From positions 4,546 through 68,545 of the forward strand of contig CASEZG010000005.1 of the NCBI GenBank assembly GCA_949292375.1: a stretch of 64,000 bases of DNA. The letters are read 5' to 3'. The first letter of the stretch is position 1, and each line of letters starts with the position of its first letter. The stretch is from an uncultured Pseudomonadota bacterium. GTDB lineage: Bacteria > Pseudomonadota > Alphaproteobacteria > RF32 > CAG-239. Made by a program: the position numbers and the translations under genes. Below the pieces are notes generated by a model. The model was not told where the DNA came from and searched no databases. It saw only the letters and a list, made by a program, of their open reading frames with translations. Below, piece after piece: positions 46,504 through 55,393 of the stretch.

Positions 46504-46532
46504 AGCCCCTCTTCTCTGAGGGGCTTTCTTTT
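46504..46532 (+). terminator. Rho-independent terminator after the RND operon
   Basis: Stem agcccctc (46504-46511) pairs with gaggggct (46518-46525), followed by tttctttt. Confidence 0.7.
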
Positions 46533-46544
46533 ACAAAGGCACAC

Positions 46545-46576
46545 AAAAAAATCCTCGCTCACGGCGAGGATTTTTT
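46545..46576. terminator. Second hairpin terminator, bidirectional; serves the minus-strand gene 46580-47560
   Basis: Stem atcctcgc (46551-46558) pairs with gcgaggat (46564-46571), flanked by an A-run and a T-run. Confidence 0.65.
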
Positions 46577-46579
46577 AAC

Positions 46580-47560
46580 TTAAGCTTTCAAAGTCAACTT
46601 ACCATCTTTAAGACTTGCCGTACCACCAACCGGAATAGTCAACAACGGCGTGCTGTGCCCAAAATCCACATTCGCCAAAATCGGCAAATTTTTAAGTTCA
46701 CGTTTGTTGTTTAAGATAAATTCCAGCTGTTCCCGACTGATTTGGGAACCCTTTTGAAAACGCCCAACAATCAAAGCCTTAACATTTTCAAAATCAGGCT
46801 GATATAAAAGCGCCTGCAAATTGCGCTCAAACGCAACCAAATTAGCCCCTTCCGTATCCTCAACAAACAAGATTGTATCTTTTACAAAAGCAGGACGATA
46901 TTTTGTGCCGAGCAACAAATCAAAAGTACAAAGATTTCCACCGACAATCACACCTTCTGCAGAGCCGTTATGAATATTCCAATATCCTTCATTTTTAATA
47001 AATTCACGCTTTTCTTGGTCAATAAACCACGCATCATCGCTCCATTCAGCTGAGGGAATAACGTCATTAATACCATCAAGCATTAACATCTTGCACATAT
47101 TTTCCAAAGTATAATCAAAGCCATACTTCATTCCAAAAGAGCTATAATGAGGACCGGAATAAGTCTCTAAGCCGGTCATAGCATAAATACCGTTTAACAA
47201 AGCCGTAATATCCGAAAAACCGCAAAAAATCTTCGGATTAGCCTTAATCAAATCATAATCCAAATAAGGCAAAAGCTGATTAGAGTTTGCCCCACCGATA
47301 ATTGTAAAAATCGCTTTCACATTTTTATCGGCAAAAGCCTCATGGATATCCGCCACTCTGTCCTCAATCGGCGAAGAACCGGTCATATCCCAGTTATCAT
47401 CGGTCATATGCTTACTGAAACTTACTTTTAATCCGAGTTCGGCAAAACGCTTAGCCGCAATCTCACGGGAATCTTGTCCGATAATCTTAATCCCGCGAGC
47501 CGGCGCAATAACTCTTATTTCATCACCTTTGGCTAACTTTGCCGGAATAATTTTTTGCAT
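46580..47560 (-). CDS. LD-carboxypeptidase (peptidase S66, LdcA/MccF-like)
   Basis: The ATG at 47560 is preceded by GGAG; the longer track ORF is probably an upstream extension. DEIRVIAPA and CGFSDITAL (nucleophile Ser) match S66. Confidence 0.8.
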   Translation of the reverse strand: MQKIIPAKLAKGDEIRVIAPARGIKIIGQDSREIAAKRFAELGLKVSFSKHMTDDNWDMTGSSPIEDRVADIHEAFADKNVKAIFTIIGGANSNQLLPYLDYDLIKANPKIFCGFSDITALLNGIYAMTGLETYSGPHYSSFGMKYGFDYTLENMCKMLMLDGINDVIPSAEWSDDAWFIDQEKREFIKNEGYWNIHNGSAEGVIVGGNLCTFDLLLGTKYRPAFVKDTILFVEDTEGANLVAFERNLQALLYQPDFENVKALIVGRFQKGSQISREQLEFILNNKRELKNLPILANVDFGHSTPLLTIPVGGTASLKDGKLTLKA

Positions 47561-47629
47561 CTCAAAATCTCCTTTTTTCAAAACACTGCACCCAATATAA
47601 TGCAAAAAAATTCTTTTGCTAACAAATTT

Positions 47630-47658
47630 TTGTTGCAATCTGCAAACAAGCCTATAAT
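47630..47658 (+). promoter_or_regulatory. Candidate sigma70 promoter of umuDC
   Basis: TTGTTG at 47630-47635, a 17-nt spacer, and a consensus TATAAT at 47653-47658. Confidence 0.35.
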
Positions 47659-47662
47659 ATAA

Positions 47663-47677
47663 GAACAAAATAAGAAC
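47663..47677 (+). promoter_or_regulatory. Alphaproteobacterial-type LexA (SOS) box GAAC-N7-GAAC
   Basis: GAAC (47663-47666), aaaataa, GAAC (47674-47677). It lies 4 nt after the -10 element and 19 nt before the umuD start. It matches the GTTC-N7-GTTC direct-repeat operator described for Rhodobacter and Rhizobium LexA. Confidence 0.6.
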
Positions 47678-47695
47678 ATTTATAAGGAGTCTGCA

Positions 47696-48046
47696 ATGTC
47701 ATTCGGTTCCCCCGCTTGTGATTATGTTGAAAACAGCCTTGACCTCAATCGCTTTCTGGTCAATCACCCCATCGCCACATATTTTATGAAGATGCAAGGA
47801 GACGCCCTCAAAAACGCCGGCATCTTTAATGGCGATATTTTGGTTGTTGACCGCTCTTTACCTGCTTCTGATCGCAAACTCATTGTTGCCGAGCTCAACG
47901 GCGAACTAACTGCTCGTCGTTTTCGCTCCCATGATGGCAAATCATTTCTGCTCGGTGAAGATGGACGCACCCCGCCCTACTGCCTCAGCCGCAAAGACCG
48001 CTTTTCTGTTTGGGGTGTTGTAACTTCAGTAATTCGGAAAATCTAG
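47696..48046 (+). CDS. umuD: UmuD'-like protein (S24 fold), natively truncated, with catalytic Ser and Lys substituted
   Basis: MSFGSPACDYVENSLDLNRFLVNHPIATYFMKMQGDAL aligns with E. coli UmuD residues 25-61 ([37 protein letters not shown]). Ser60 is Ala and Lys97 (TVKKL) is Arg (TARRF). An in-frame stop lies 12 codons upstream, and AAGGAG sits 6 nt before the ATG. Confidence 0.8.
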   Translation: MSFGSPACDYVENSLDLNRFLVNHPIATYFMKMQGDALKNAGIFNGDILVVDRSLPASDRKLIVAELNGELTARRFRSHDGKSFLLGEDGRTPPYCLSRKDRFSVWGVVTSVIRKI

Positions 48047-48048
48047 CA

Positions 48049-49293
48049 ATGTATTTTCTCATAGATTGCGACAACTTTTTTGTTTCCTGCGAAAAAGTTT
48101 TTCAACCTCGCTTGAAAAATCGTCCTGTTGTCGTTCTATCCAATAACGACGGCTGCGTAGTATCCCGTTCATATGAAGCCAAAGCACTCGGCATTCCGAT
48201 GTGCGCTCCATGGTTTAAGATAGAACAAATGTTCAAAGCTGCCGGCGGTATTGCTTTGTCCTCAAATTATGAACTTTATGCAGATATGTCCAAACGTGTT
48301 ATGCAACTGCTTGAAAACTACTTTGGCAAAATAGAAATCTATTCCATTGATGAAGCCTTTGCACAAACCGAAGACAAACAAGATCTTCTTCATACGGCAC
48401 TTACCATCCGCAATCAGATTCTAACCCAAACCGGTATTTCTGTTTCCGTCGGTGTCGCTCCCAGCAAAACACTTTGCAAAGTTGCTTCCGAACAAGCCAA
48501 AAAACTCACTTTAGCCAAAGTCAGCCTTCTGACCGAACAACTGGCAATTACACAAGCCCTTCAAAAGCTAGATGTCGGAGATGTCTGGGGCATTGGAAGA
48601 AAATTAGTTAAAAAACTTAATTTTATGGGAATTTTCACCGCCGCCGAATTAGCCAATGCACCTCAAGCCCAAATCCGCCAATCTTTCGGCATCACAACAG
48701 CCAAAACCCAACAAGAACTAAATGGTATTTCTTGCCTCAAAGCCGAGGATAATCCGGCTCAAAAAAGCATAATTTGTTCACGTACTTTTGAAGCCGAAAT
48801 CAAAGATTTTGCCAAGTTGGTTCAGGTCATATCCGAATTTGTGGACAATGCCTGTTTGCGCTTAAGAGAACAAAACAGCCTTGCCGGAGGCATTATTGTT
48901 TTTATTGCCACCAACCGCTTTCATGAACAAACCTACAACAACTCCAAACTAATATCTTTGTCAGCACCGTCATGCCACACCGCAAAATTCATCAAAGCCA
49001 TGATTGAGGGGCTTAAAAGCATCTATAATCCCCGTTTCAGCTATAAAAGAGCCGGTGTAATGTTAACGGATATTTCAGACATAAACACCCCACAAACCGA
49101 CTTTTTAGTATCCGAAAAAACACAAAATAAAGATACCTCCTTAATGCAAACCATAGACAACCTAAACCGCAAACTCGGCCGCAAAACACTCTACTTTGGC
49201 ACCCAAGCACAAGGCATCCGCCACTACATCAAGAGAGAATTCAAAAGCCGCTCTTATACCACATCATGGGACGAACTTCCAACAGTTAATTGA
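48049..49293 (+). CDS. umuC: Y-family translesion DNA polymerase UmuC
   Basis: MYFLIDCDNFFVSCE matches the UmuC N-terminus (MFALCDVNAFYASCE), plus SIDEAF. The gene starts 2 nt after the umuD stop codon. Confidence 0.9.
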   Translation: MYFLIDCDNFFVSCEKVFQPRLKNRPVVVLSNNDGCVVSRSYEAKALGIPMCAPWFKIEQMFKAAGGIALSSNYELYADMSKRVMQLLENYFGKIEIYSIDEAFAQTEDKQDLLHTALTIRNQILTQTGISVSVGVAPSKTLCKVASEQAKKLTLAKVSLLTEQLAITQALQKLDVGDVWGIGRKLVKKLNFMGIFTAAELANAPQAQIRQSFGITTAKTQQELNGISCLKAEDNPAQKSIICSRTFEAEIKDFAKLVQVISEFVDNACLRLREQNSLAGGIIVFIATNRFHEQTYNNSKLISLSAPSCHTAKFIKAMIEGLKSIYNPRFSYKRAGVMLTDISDINTPQTDFLVSEKTQNKDTSLMQTIDNLNRKLGRKTLYFGTQAQGIRHYIKREFKSRSYTTSWDELPTVN

Positions 49294-49371
49294 TTGTTAA
49301 AATTGCTTGATTTTTCAAAAAAAATAAGCTATATTTCAGGCATAAAACATCAACAATTCCGGGGATAGAAA

Positions 49372-49965
49372 ATGCTAAAAAATTTTTACATTTTTCGTCA
49401 CGGACAGAGTTCATACAACTTGGAAGGGCGCATTCAGGGTCATACCAATAATTCTGTTCTGACCAACCAGGGGATTGACGAGGCGCATAACGCTGCCAGT
49501 CTTCTTCAAGATAAAGAAATTGAAGTTGTTGTTTCTTCACCACTCCGTCGAGCTAAACAAACAGGCTCTATTGTTTCTAAAATAATCAAAGCTCCCATGC
49601 AATATGATGACCGTTTTACCGAAGTCAATGTCGGTGTTGCTGAAGGTCTGCATTATACGGAAGTTCAGCAACAGTTTGGGGACTTATACCGTCAATGGCG
49701 CAGTGCCGACCCCAAATATATTGACACCCGTTTCAAAGACGGCGAAAGCAAACGAGATGTCCAAAAACGTGTTTTCAAAGCATTAAATGAGTATGCCCAA
49801 AACTCAAAATATCAAAACATTGCCGTTTCTGGTCATGGTATAACTTTATCCCAAACGCTTATGGCCTTAAACATTGAACAACCGGACATTCCCAACGGCG
49901 CAGTCATTCACTTACAATATGATAACAGCAATAACCATTGGAAATTCCTTGGCTTTGTAAACTAA
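49372..49965 (+). CDS. Histidine phosphatase family protein (GpmB/CobC-like)
   Basis: RHG motif (IFRHGQSSYN), SSPLRRAKQT, and a distal GHG His. The ORF is 197 aa. Confidence 0.8.
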   Translation: MLKNFYIFRHGQSSYNLEGRIQGHTNNSVLTNQGIDEAHNAASLLQDKEIEVVVSSPLRRAKQTGSIVSKIIKAPMQYDDRFTEVNVGVAEGLHYTEVQQQFGDLYRQWRSADPKYIDTRFKDGESKRDVQKRVFKALNEYAQNSKYQNIAVSGHGITLSQTLMALNIEQPDIPNGAVIHLQYDNSNNHWKFLGFVN

Positions 49966-49997
49966 AAAAAACTCGGCTTTAATAGCCGAGTTTTTTT
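49964..49997. terminator. Bidirectional hairpin terminator
   Basis: Stem actcggct (49971-49978) pairs with agccgagt (49984-49991), with a 7-nt A-run and T-run on either side. It sits between convergent genes. Confidence 0.7.
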
Positions 49998-50654
49998 CTA
50001 TTGCAGTTCAAAGAAACTTTTATCAACGCCGCACAACGGACAAACCCAATCTTCCGGCAAGTCTTCAAAAGGTGTTTCCCCATCATAAACATAACCACAA
50101 ACCGTGCAAACCCACTTTTTACCTTCATTCTTATCTTCAGCCATTTTTTTCTCCTTTGCTTGTTTGACCTCATTAAATTTTTTAATGACTTCATCTTTAA
50201 AGTAACTGCGATAATCTAAATATGTCAACGGTTCGCAGTCTTTCCCGTTCACACAATTCTCAACTTCTGCCAAAAATAACGTATTGCTTTCATACTGAAC
50301 TTTTTGCAAAACCTTGCAACCAACCCTCGCAATATTATCTTTCAAATATGGCAGATTATCCTCCATAACATAATCCATATTTTGCCACTTATCAACGTTT
50401 CGACTAGTCTGAAAACCAAAATTAGCAATTATATACGGATCAATATCTTTGCTTAAGACCGACAAGCTAAACTTTCCATTACGTTCAATACATTCTTTAG
50501 TATAGCTCTGATTATTACAAGACAAAGCCAAAACCAAAGGCTTATTTGCCACCTGCATCACGGCATCAACCACCGAACCGACGGGTCTTTCACCATCCAT
50601 CGCTCCCAAAACATAAAGTCCGTGCGTTAATTTATATAAAGCCTCAAGTTCCAT
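49998..50654 (-). CDS. Flavin reductase-like domain fused to a C-terminal rubredoxin
   Basis: N-terminal FMN-binding split-barrel-like domain. The C-terminus [35 protein letters not shown] is a canonical rubredoxin (2x CxxC). Confidence 0.8.
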   Translation of the reverse strand: MELEALYKLTHGLYVLGAMDGERPVGSVVDAVMQVANKPLVLALSCNNQSYTKECIERNGKFSLSVLSKDIDPYIIANFGFQTSRNVDKWQNMDYVMEDNLPYLKDNIARVGCKVLQKVQYESNTLFLAEVENCVNGKDCEPLTYLDYRSYFKDEVIKKFNEVKQAKEKKMAEDKNEGKKWVCTVCGYVYDGETPFEDLPEDWVCPLCGVDKSFFELQ

Positions 50655-50668
50655 ATATGTATCTCCGA

Positions 50669-50872
50669 TTAATAATGCGGTGGAGGAGTCTCCTCGCTCA
50701 AAGGTTTAACTGTTTCTTCTTCCAAATGAGAAATCAAAAACTGATTTTGCTTTTGCAACCAATCAATCAGTTTACCCTGTTCAATTACAACTTGGTTTAA
50801 GTCTTCCAACACGCGTTCCTGATTCGCTAAAGCCATTTCAATATTAATCAGTCGCTCTTCCAAATTATCCAT
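50669..50872 (-). CDS. slyX: SlyX-family small coiled-coil protein
   Basis: The ATG at 50872 is preceded by [34 protein letters not shown] matches the SlyX pattern. Confidence 0.7.
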   Translation of the reverse strand: MDNLEERLINIEMALANQERVLEDLNQVVIEQGKLIDWLQKQNQFLISHLEEETVKPLSEETPPPHY

Positions 50873-50980
50873 AGTTCCTCCAATTACTTTTTTAGATATA
50901 ACACGGACATACAAAAATACAACAAACAATGGAGTTATTAATAGCAAAAAAAAAGACCACTCCTACAAAGCAGTCTTTTT

Positions 50981-51586
50981 TTAGTAAACATACTCATCTT
51001 GTTTCAACATTCGCATCTTATTAAACTTTGAAGCGTCATATTGCTTCAAGACCTCCTTCATTTGCTTAGCCAACTCAGGAACATCCAAACTCCCATCCAA
51101 TTCAAATATGGGAGACTTAATCTGCTTCAAGACATTATCACCAAACATCATCTCATCCAAACGGCGTTTTGCTCGAATATCATCCAAATTCTCACCTCTG
51201 TCAATCATTCGTTGGATAACCACCCGCGACGGAGCTTCAATCATCATAACTCGAATATTGCTTGGAGAAACACTCTTTTCAAGTTGCAAAATTCCATCTG
51301 TATCAAGAGTAACAAAAGAACGTCCCTTATATTCAGTCAAAGCCTTTTGGTTGATTCCATACAAACTATAGCCAATTCTTGAAGTGACCAACATTGTCGG
51401 ATCGCCAATAAATTCATCTAAAGTCACAAATTTATAATCACGCCCATCAACTTCACCTTCATGAGGTTCGCGTGTTGTCATCTTCAAAATTTTATGTTCG
51501 CCTTGCTCAACCAGATAATCGCTCAGCGAAGACTTGCCGACAGCTTCCTTACCGGTCAAGACAATAATTTCTTTGTCATCAATCAT
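50981..51586 (-). CDS. Guanylate-kinase-like P-loop protein (tentative)
   Basis: P-loop GKEAVGKS. TTREPHEGEVDGRDYKFVTLDEF resembles the Gmk motif TTR.PR.GE..G.DY.FV. It is divergent, so its function is uncertain. Confidence 0.45.
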   Translation of the reverse strand: MIDDKEIIVLTGKEAVGKSSLSDYLVEQGEHKILKMTTREPHEGEVDGRDYKFVTLDEFIGDPTMLVTSRIGYSLYGINQKALTEYKGRSFVTLDTDGILQLEKSVSPSNIRVMMIEAPSRVVIQRMIDRGENLDDIRAKRRLDEMMFGDNVLKQIKSPIFELDGSLDVPELAKQMKEVLKQYDASKFNKMRMLKQDEYVY

Positions 51587-51667
51587 CTTGGGAAATTCCT
51601 TTTACCGAAATTTTAACACAAAAATCAAAAAATTCAACAAGATATTATATTTCTTTTTAAGTTTAAG

Positions 51668-52798
51668 CTAATATTTCAAAGCCAAACCGGTAATAATCGC
51701 ATAACCTTTATTGTTATCATTTGAGTTCCGCACAAAACCCTTGGAGTTGATATAGGCATTAATCCAAAACAGCTCAAACCATTCGTTCAGCGCAAAACGG
51801 TTGGTTTGCACCACCAAATCATCTCGGTTTCGTGTATTTTTGGCTTCCGTATGCAAATAAGCCAAATTAGTCTTAAACCGGCCAAAATCATATCCCATAC
51901 TAAAATCCCAAGCCTGACTCTCGCGATAATTATCAAAATAAGCCGGCAAATGCGCATTTACAGTTTTTGTGGCAATCGGATTTTTATGACCTTCAACATA
52001 AGCATGTTTATAAGCCGCCGAAATATTAAATTTCCCGACAATCCATCTTGCCCCGAAAGCCCATTCTTTGTCTGTTCGGTTAAACAAGCCATAAGCCGCA
52101 GAAGTATACAAATCACCCAAAGCTAGCTTCCAATGATTTTTCATTGCTGCCGTATACCCATCCTCTTTTGTTTCATAATTCACATAGCGGCTGACCATAC
52201 CTCTCCGGTTAGCATTATCAGGAGCATAACTGAAACCAAATTGTGTATTACCTAACATTGGCGTAAAATAACTTATCTTTGGCGCACGCCCATCATCAAT
52301 CATTCTGGTTGATTTTGGAGTAAAAAACCTAACTCTCTTAAATCCGTTACTCCAGTTTGCACTGCTTAGATAATATGTTAAATTTGAATCCTGAATATTA
52401 AGCCACGAAATATCTTGCGCTCCCAAATGCAAAAGAGCGGCCGCATTATAAGTATAACCGATGGTCATTTTACCAAACTTCTCATTTTCAGCAATCATAT
52501 AAGGATAAAAACGCCAATCTCCTTGACCATAATCTTTATCATGTTGCCGAATAACCACCGTATAATTGGCCGCCGCACCGATACGCATTCCATTATACTG
52601 TTCATAAAGAGCTTCTAACTTTCCGTCAGCCCGAAACACTGTTCTGTCCGACCTATTGGCAATATTATTATTTTCGCGTGTTTGGGCTATACCATAATAT
52701 ATTCCGGCCGTACCGGATTGTGCAAGATTCCATCCTTCAGCCCAAGCAGAAATAGGATAAAACAAAGAGCTAGCTAATATAAAACAAATCTTTTTCAT
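51668..52798 (-). CDS. Outer-membrane beta-barrel porin (tentative)
   Basis: Signal peptide (ISAWA), alternating amphipathic strands rich in Y/G/N, and a C-terminal aromatic residue (LALKY). Confidence 0.55.
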   Translation of the reverse strand: MKKICFILASSLFYPISAWAEGWNLAQSGTAGIYYGIAQTRENNNIANRSDRTVFRADGKLEALYEQYNGMRIGAAANYTVVIRQHDKDYGQGDWRFYPYMIAENEKFGKMTIGYTYNAAALLHLGAQDISWLNIQDSNLTYYLSSANWSNGFKRVRFFTPKSTRMIDDGRAPKISYFTPMLGNTQFGFSYAPDNANRRGMVSRYVNYETKEDGYTAAMKNHWKLALGDLYTSAAYGLFNRTDKEWAFGARWIVGKFNISAAYKHAYVEGHKNPIATKTVNAHLPAYFDNYRESQAWDFSMGYDFGRFKTNLAYLHTEAKNTRNRDDLVVQTNRFALNEWFELFWINAYINSKGFVRNSNDNNKGYAIITGLALKY

Positions 52799-52884
52799 TC
52801 ACGTCTCTTGAAAGAGGCAAAAACATTAATAAATATAATCACAAGAAAAACTTAAAAATTATTAAACTCCCCATTTCCCACATA

Positions 52885-52914
52885 TAAAAAAAGCTGCTTT
52901 AAAGCAGCTTTTTT
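52885..52914. terminator. Bidirectional hairpin terminator
   Basis: Perfect stem aagctgcttt (52891-52900) pairs with aaagcagctt (52901-52910), flanked by an A-run and a T-run. It lies just downstream of the GT2 gene, between GT2 and the co-directional porin gene. Confidence 0.65.
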
Positions 52915-52918
52915 ATCA

Positions 52919-53968
52919 TTATAGTTGGTTTTGTTTATAATTTTTTACCGCATTCACTAAATTAAACAATTGCTCAGGACACTTCGGCTTAGATTTCTTT
53001 TCAATTCTTAAATCCCGACAATCAATTGCTGACTGAAAATCTTTTTCCCAATCTTGTTTATTATAGCCTTTCAAATCGCCTGATTGATTTTTTTTATCAA
53101 CAATATTTCCGATAACTATATACTTAACTTCTAAAAACTTATTGATATATTTATCGGCATCTTCAATAAATTGAGATTTGTTATCAGCAACCATTTTTTG
53201 CAAAGATTTCAAAAAACCTAAACGAACAACCTTAAAATCTTCAGGCACAACTTGAGCTGTTGATGATTGCTTATGCTTATAGTAGTCATACATATTTTCG
53301 GACAATCCCGTAATTTTGGCGTCCTTAAACAACAACATTGCCAAACTCGGAAAATCTTCACAAACTTTCATTTCTTTAGAAACTTTCGGATACATACCCA
53401 TATATTTCTTGAATATGTTGCCTTTCACAATCTTGGTCCATCCGATACTATCGGCATGCGAAGCAATTTCTGGCATTTCTACAACAGAAGAACTTCCGAC
53501 TTCTGCCAACTTTTTAGATAAATTATTATGAGGCGTACCTGAATTCCAATTCAAAACCAACTCCATATCTCCGGACAAATCAAAACCGGCAATACAAATA
53601 TTGGCATTATTTTTTTCCATCTGCTGAACACATTTACGAACAGCATCTGAGGATGTAAACTTATCATCGCTGTCCAACATAACAAAAGTATCGTCATCAC
53701 CCATTTTTTCAGCAATCTTCCGCCCCAAATTTTCAAAAGACTTGCCGCAACCACTATGTTCCTCATTTTGATAAATATCAAAAGCAATCCCTTTTTGAGC
53801 AAAAACATCTTTCCATTCTTGCAGCTTAGACATTGTAGCATCTGATGACTTATCATCCAAAACAACCAAATGCATATCTGGACAATCTTGCTTCAAAACA
53901 GAATCAAAACAAGCATCCATATATTTTTCCTGATTATAAGTTCTAATACCGAGAAATACTTTTGACAT
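52919..53968 (-). CDS. Family 2 glycosyltransferase
   Basis: N-terminal GT-A signature (GIRTYNQEKYMDACFDSVLKQDCPDMHLVVLDDKSSDAT) and the DxD motif LDSDD. Confidence 0.8.
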   Translation of the reverse strand: MSKVFLGIRTYNQEKYMDACFDSVLKQDCPDMHLVVLDDKSSDATMSKLQEWKDVFAQKGIAFDIYQNEEHSGCGKSFENLGRKIAEKMGDDDTFVMLDSDDKFTSSDAVRKCVQQMEKNNANICIAGFDLSGDMELVLNWNSGTPHNNLSKKLAEVGSSSVVEMPEIASHADSIGWTKIVKGNIFKKYMGMYPKVSKEMKVCEDFPSLAMLLFKDAKITGLSENMYDYYKHKQSSTAQVVPEDFKVVRLGFLKSLQKMVADNKSQFIEDADKYINKFLEVKYIVIGNIVDKKNQSGDLKGYNKQDWEKDFQSAIDCRDLRIEKKSKPKCPEQLFNLVNAVKNYKQNQL

Positions 53969-54139
53969 ACTTTACAAGACCTTTCTTTAATCAAAATAAA
54001 TTTAGTCGGAAACACTCCGAATGGAGCAAACATATCATAATTTTAGAACAAAGTAAACACAAAATTCGACAAAACATATTTTTTTGTCAAACAAATTTTA
54101 GAATGTAGACATTTTTTCTAAAGAACACTCTTCTAACAA

Positions 54140-54199
54140 AAAAGCCACCTTCAACAGGTGGCTTTTCTTCATTTTGGTCGGATTGACTGGACTCGAACC
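54140..54199. repeat. 60-bp exact copy of 54446-54505 (terminator hairpin plus the last 25 nt of tRNA-Pro)
   Basis: aaaagccaccttcaacaggtggcttttcttcattttggtcggattgactggactcgaacc occurs at both positions. The last 25 nt equal the 3' end of the tRNA-Pro gene. Confidence 0.9.
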
Positions 54200-54293
54200 T
54201 TCTCTCGCTTGGTAAGTTTGTGCTCCGCACACACTAACTGACTGGACTCGAACCTTCTCTCGCTTGGTAAGTTTGTGCTCCGCACACACTAAC
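54184..54293. repeat. 55-bp perfect tandem duplication (x2), each unit starting with 16 nt of the tRNA-Pro 3' end
   Basis: The unit tgactggactcgaaccttctctcgcttggtaagtttgtgctccgcacacactaac occurs at 54184-54238 and 54239-54293. Confidence 0.9.
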
Positions 54294-54462
54294 CGCGCTT
54301 CGGTCACTCGTTTTTTATGTTTTTTAGCGGTGGCTCACGCCGCCTTAAAAAACTGACAAAACTTCGCCGCTTGCGGTAAAATCAACCGGAGCAACGGTTG
54401 ATTTTATCCTCGCGCCTCTCCCGAGGTCGCTGGTTCGTATAACAGAAAAGCCACCTTCAACA

Positions 54463-54548
54463 GGTGGCTTTTCTTCATTTTGGTCGGATTGACTGGACTC
54501 GAACCGGTGGCTTTTCTTCATTTTGGTCGGATTGACTGGACTCGAACC
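54463..54548. repeat. 43-bp perfect tandem duplication (x2); the second unit runs into the intact tRNA-Pro gene
   Basis: The unit ggtggcttttcttcattttggtcggattgactggactcgaacc occurs at 54463-54505 and 54506-54548. Confidence 0.9.
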
Positions 54549-54600
54549 AGCGACCTCTTCGTCCCGAACGAAGCGTTCTACCAGGCTGAACTACAATCCG
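54524..54600 (-). tRNA. tRNA-Pro (CGG) with encoded CCA
   Basis: The reverse complement is CGGATTG-TA-GTTC-AGCCTGGTA-GAAC-G-CTTCG-TTCGGGA-CGAAG-AGGTC-GCTGG-TTCGAGT-CCAGT-CAATCCG-A-CCA. This is a 77-nt canonical cloverleaf with anticodon CGG. Confidence 0.9.
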
Positions 54601-54763
54601 ATAACGAAGCCTATATTTATCATAAAAAATAAAATAAACAAGACTTTTTTTATTAAAAAATAATTTCAACCTTAAATTCGTTCACAAAACAAAGATAATT
54701 ATGTTTTTACAATATGTTAATAATTAACTTTTAAAATACCGTCACAACATTCGGGAGAGATAA

Positions 54764-55393
54764 ATGACATTAAAAGCCGCTATTTTTGATTGGGATGGCA
54801 CAATCACCGATTCTAATTATGTCAAAACAGATGCATTTATCGAAATCTTCAAAGAAACTAATTCCCAAGCTGCCGAATACATCCGAAACTATCAACAAAA
54901 TAACGGAGGCGTCTCCAGATTTGAAAAATATCGCCACTACATTAAACATTTCTTGCATCGAGAAGTCTCAGAAGAAGAGCTAAATTCCTTCGGGATACGC
55001 TATGCCAAACTCTGCAAAGAAAAACTCCTTCAAACACCCTTCATTCCCGGAGCCATAGAGAGCTTGCAAAAACTAAAACAAAACAATATCCCTGTTTTCA
55101 TTGTCACAGGCTCCCCCGCTGAGGAAATAAAAGAGCTCGCCGCTGCTAGAAATTTATTACCATTCATCACCGATATTTATGGCTCGCCGCAAACCAAAGA
55201 TATTTTACTTGCTATGCTTTTACAAAAATACAAACTCCAGCCAAATGAAACTGTTTTCTATGGGGATGCTTTAACAGATTATAACGCCGCAAAAATCAAC
55301 AAAATTCCTTTTATTGGCATCTGTCCAGATAAAAAATCTTCCCCTTTTCCGCCTCAAACAAGAATTTTAAACCGAGTTTCTATCCGAATCTAA
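54764..55393 (+). CDS. HAD-superfamily hydrolase (phosphatase)
   Basis: Motif I AAIFDWDGTITDS, motif II VTGS, and motif IV GDALTDYNAA. Confidence 0.8.
   Translation: MTLKAAIFDWDGTITDSNYVKTDAFIEIFKETNSQAAEYIRNYQQNNGGVSRFEKYRHYIKHFLHREVSEEELNSFGIRYAKLCKEKLLQTPFIPGAIESLQKLKQNNIPVFIVTGSPAEEIKELAAARNLLPFITDIYGSPQTKDILLAMLLQKYKLQPNETVFYGDALTDYNAAKINKIPFIGICPDKKSSPFPPQTRILNRVSIRI

Noticed and set aside
54184-54548. The direct repeats near tRNA-Pro as a possible CRISPR array.
   Set aside because: The repeat units are contiguous with no unique spacers of regular length. They differ in size (55 and 43 bp) and are copies of the tRNA 3' end and its terminator. This is not CRISPR architecture.
54098-54669. 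ORFs of 69 aa (54098-54307, minus strand) and 64 aa (54475-54669, minus strand).
   Set aside because: They read through the duplicated tRNA-Pro fragments and the tRNA-Pro gene itself. Their internal repeats (for example VRVQSVSVCGAQTY) are artefacts of the DNA repeats.
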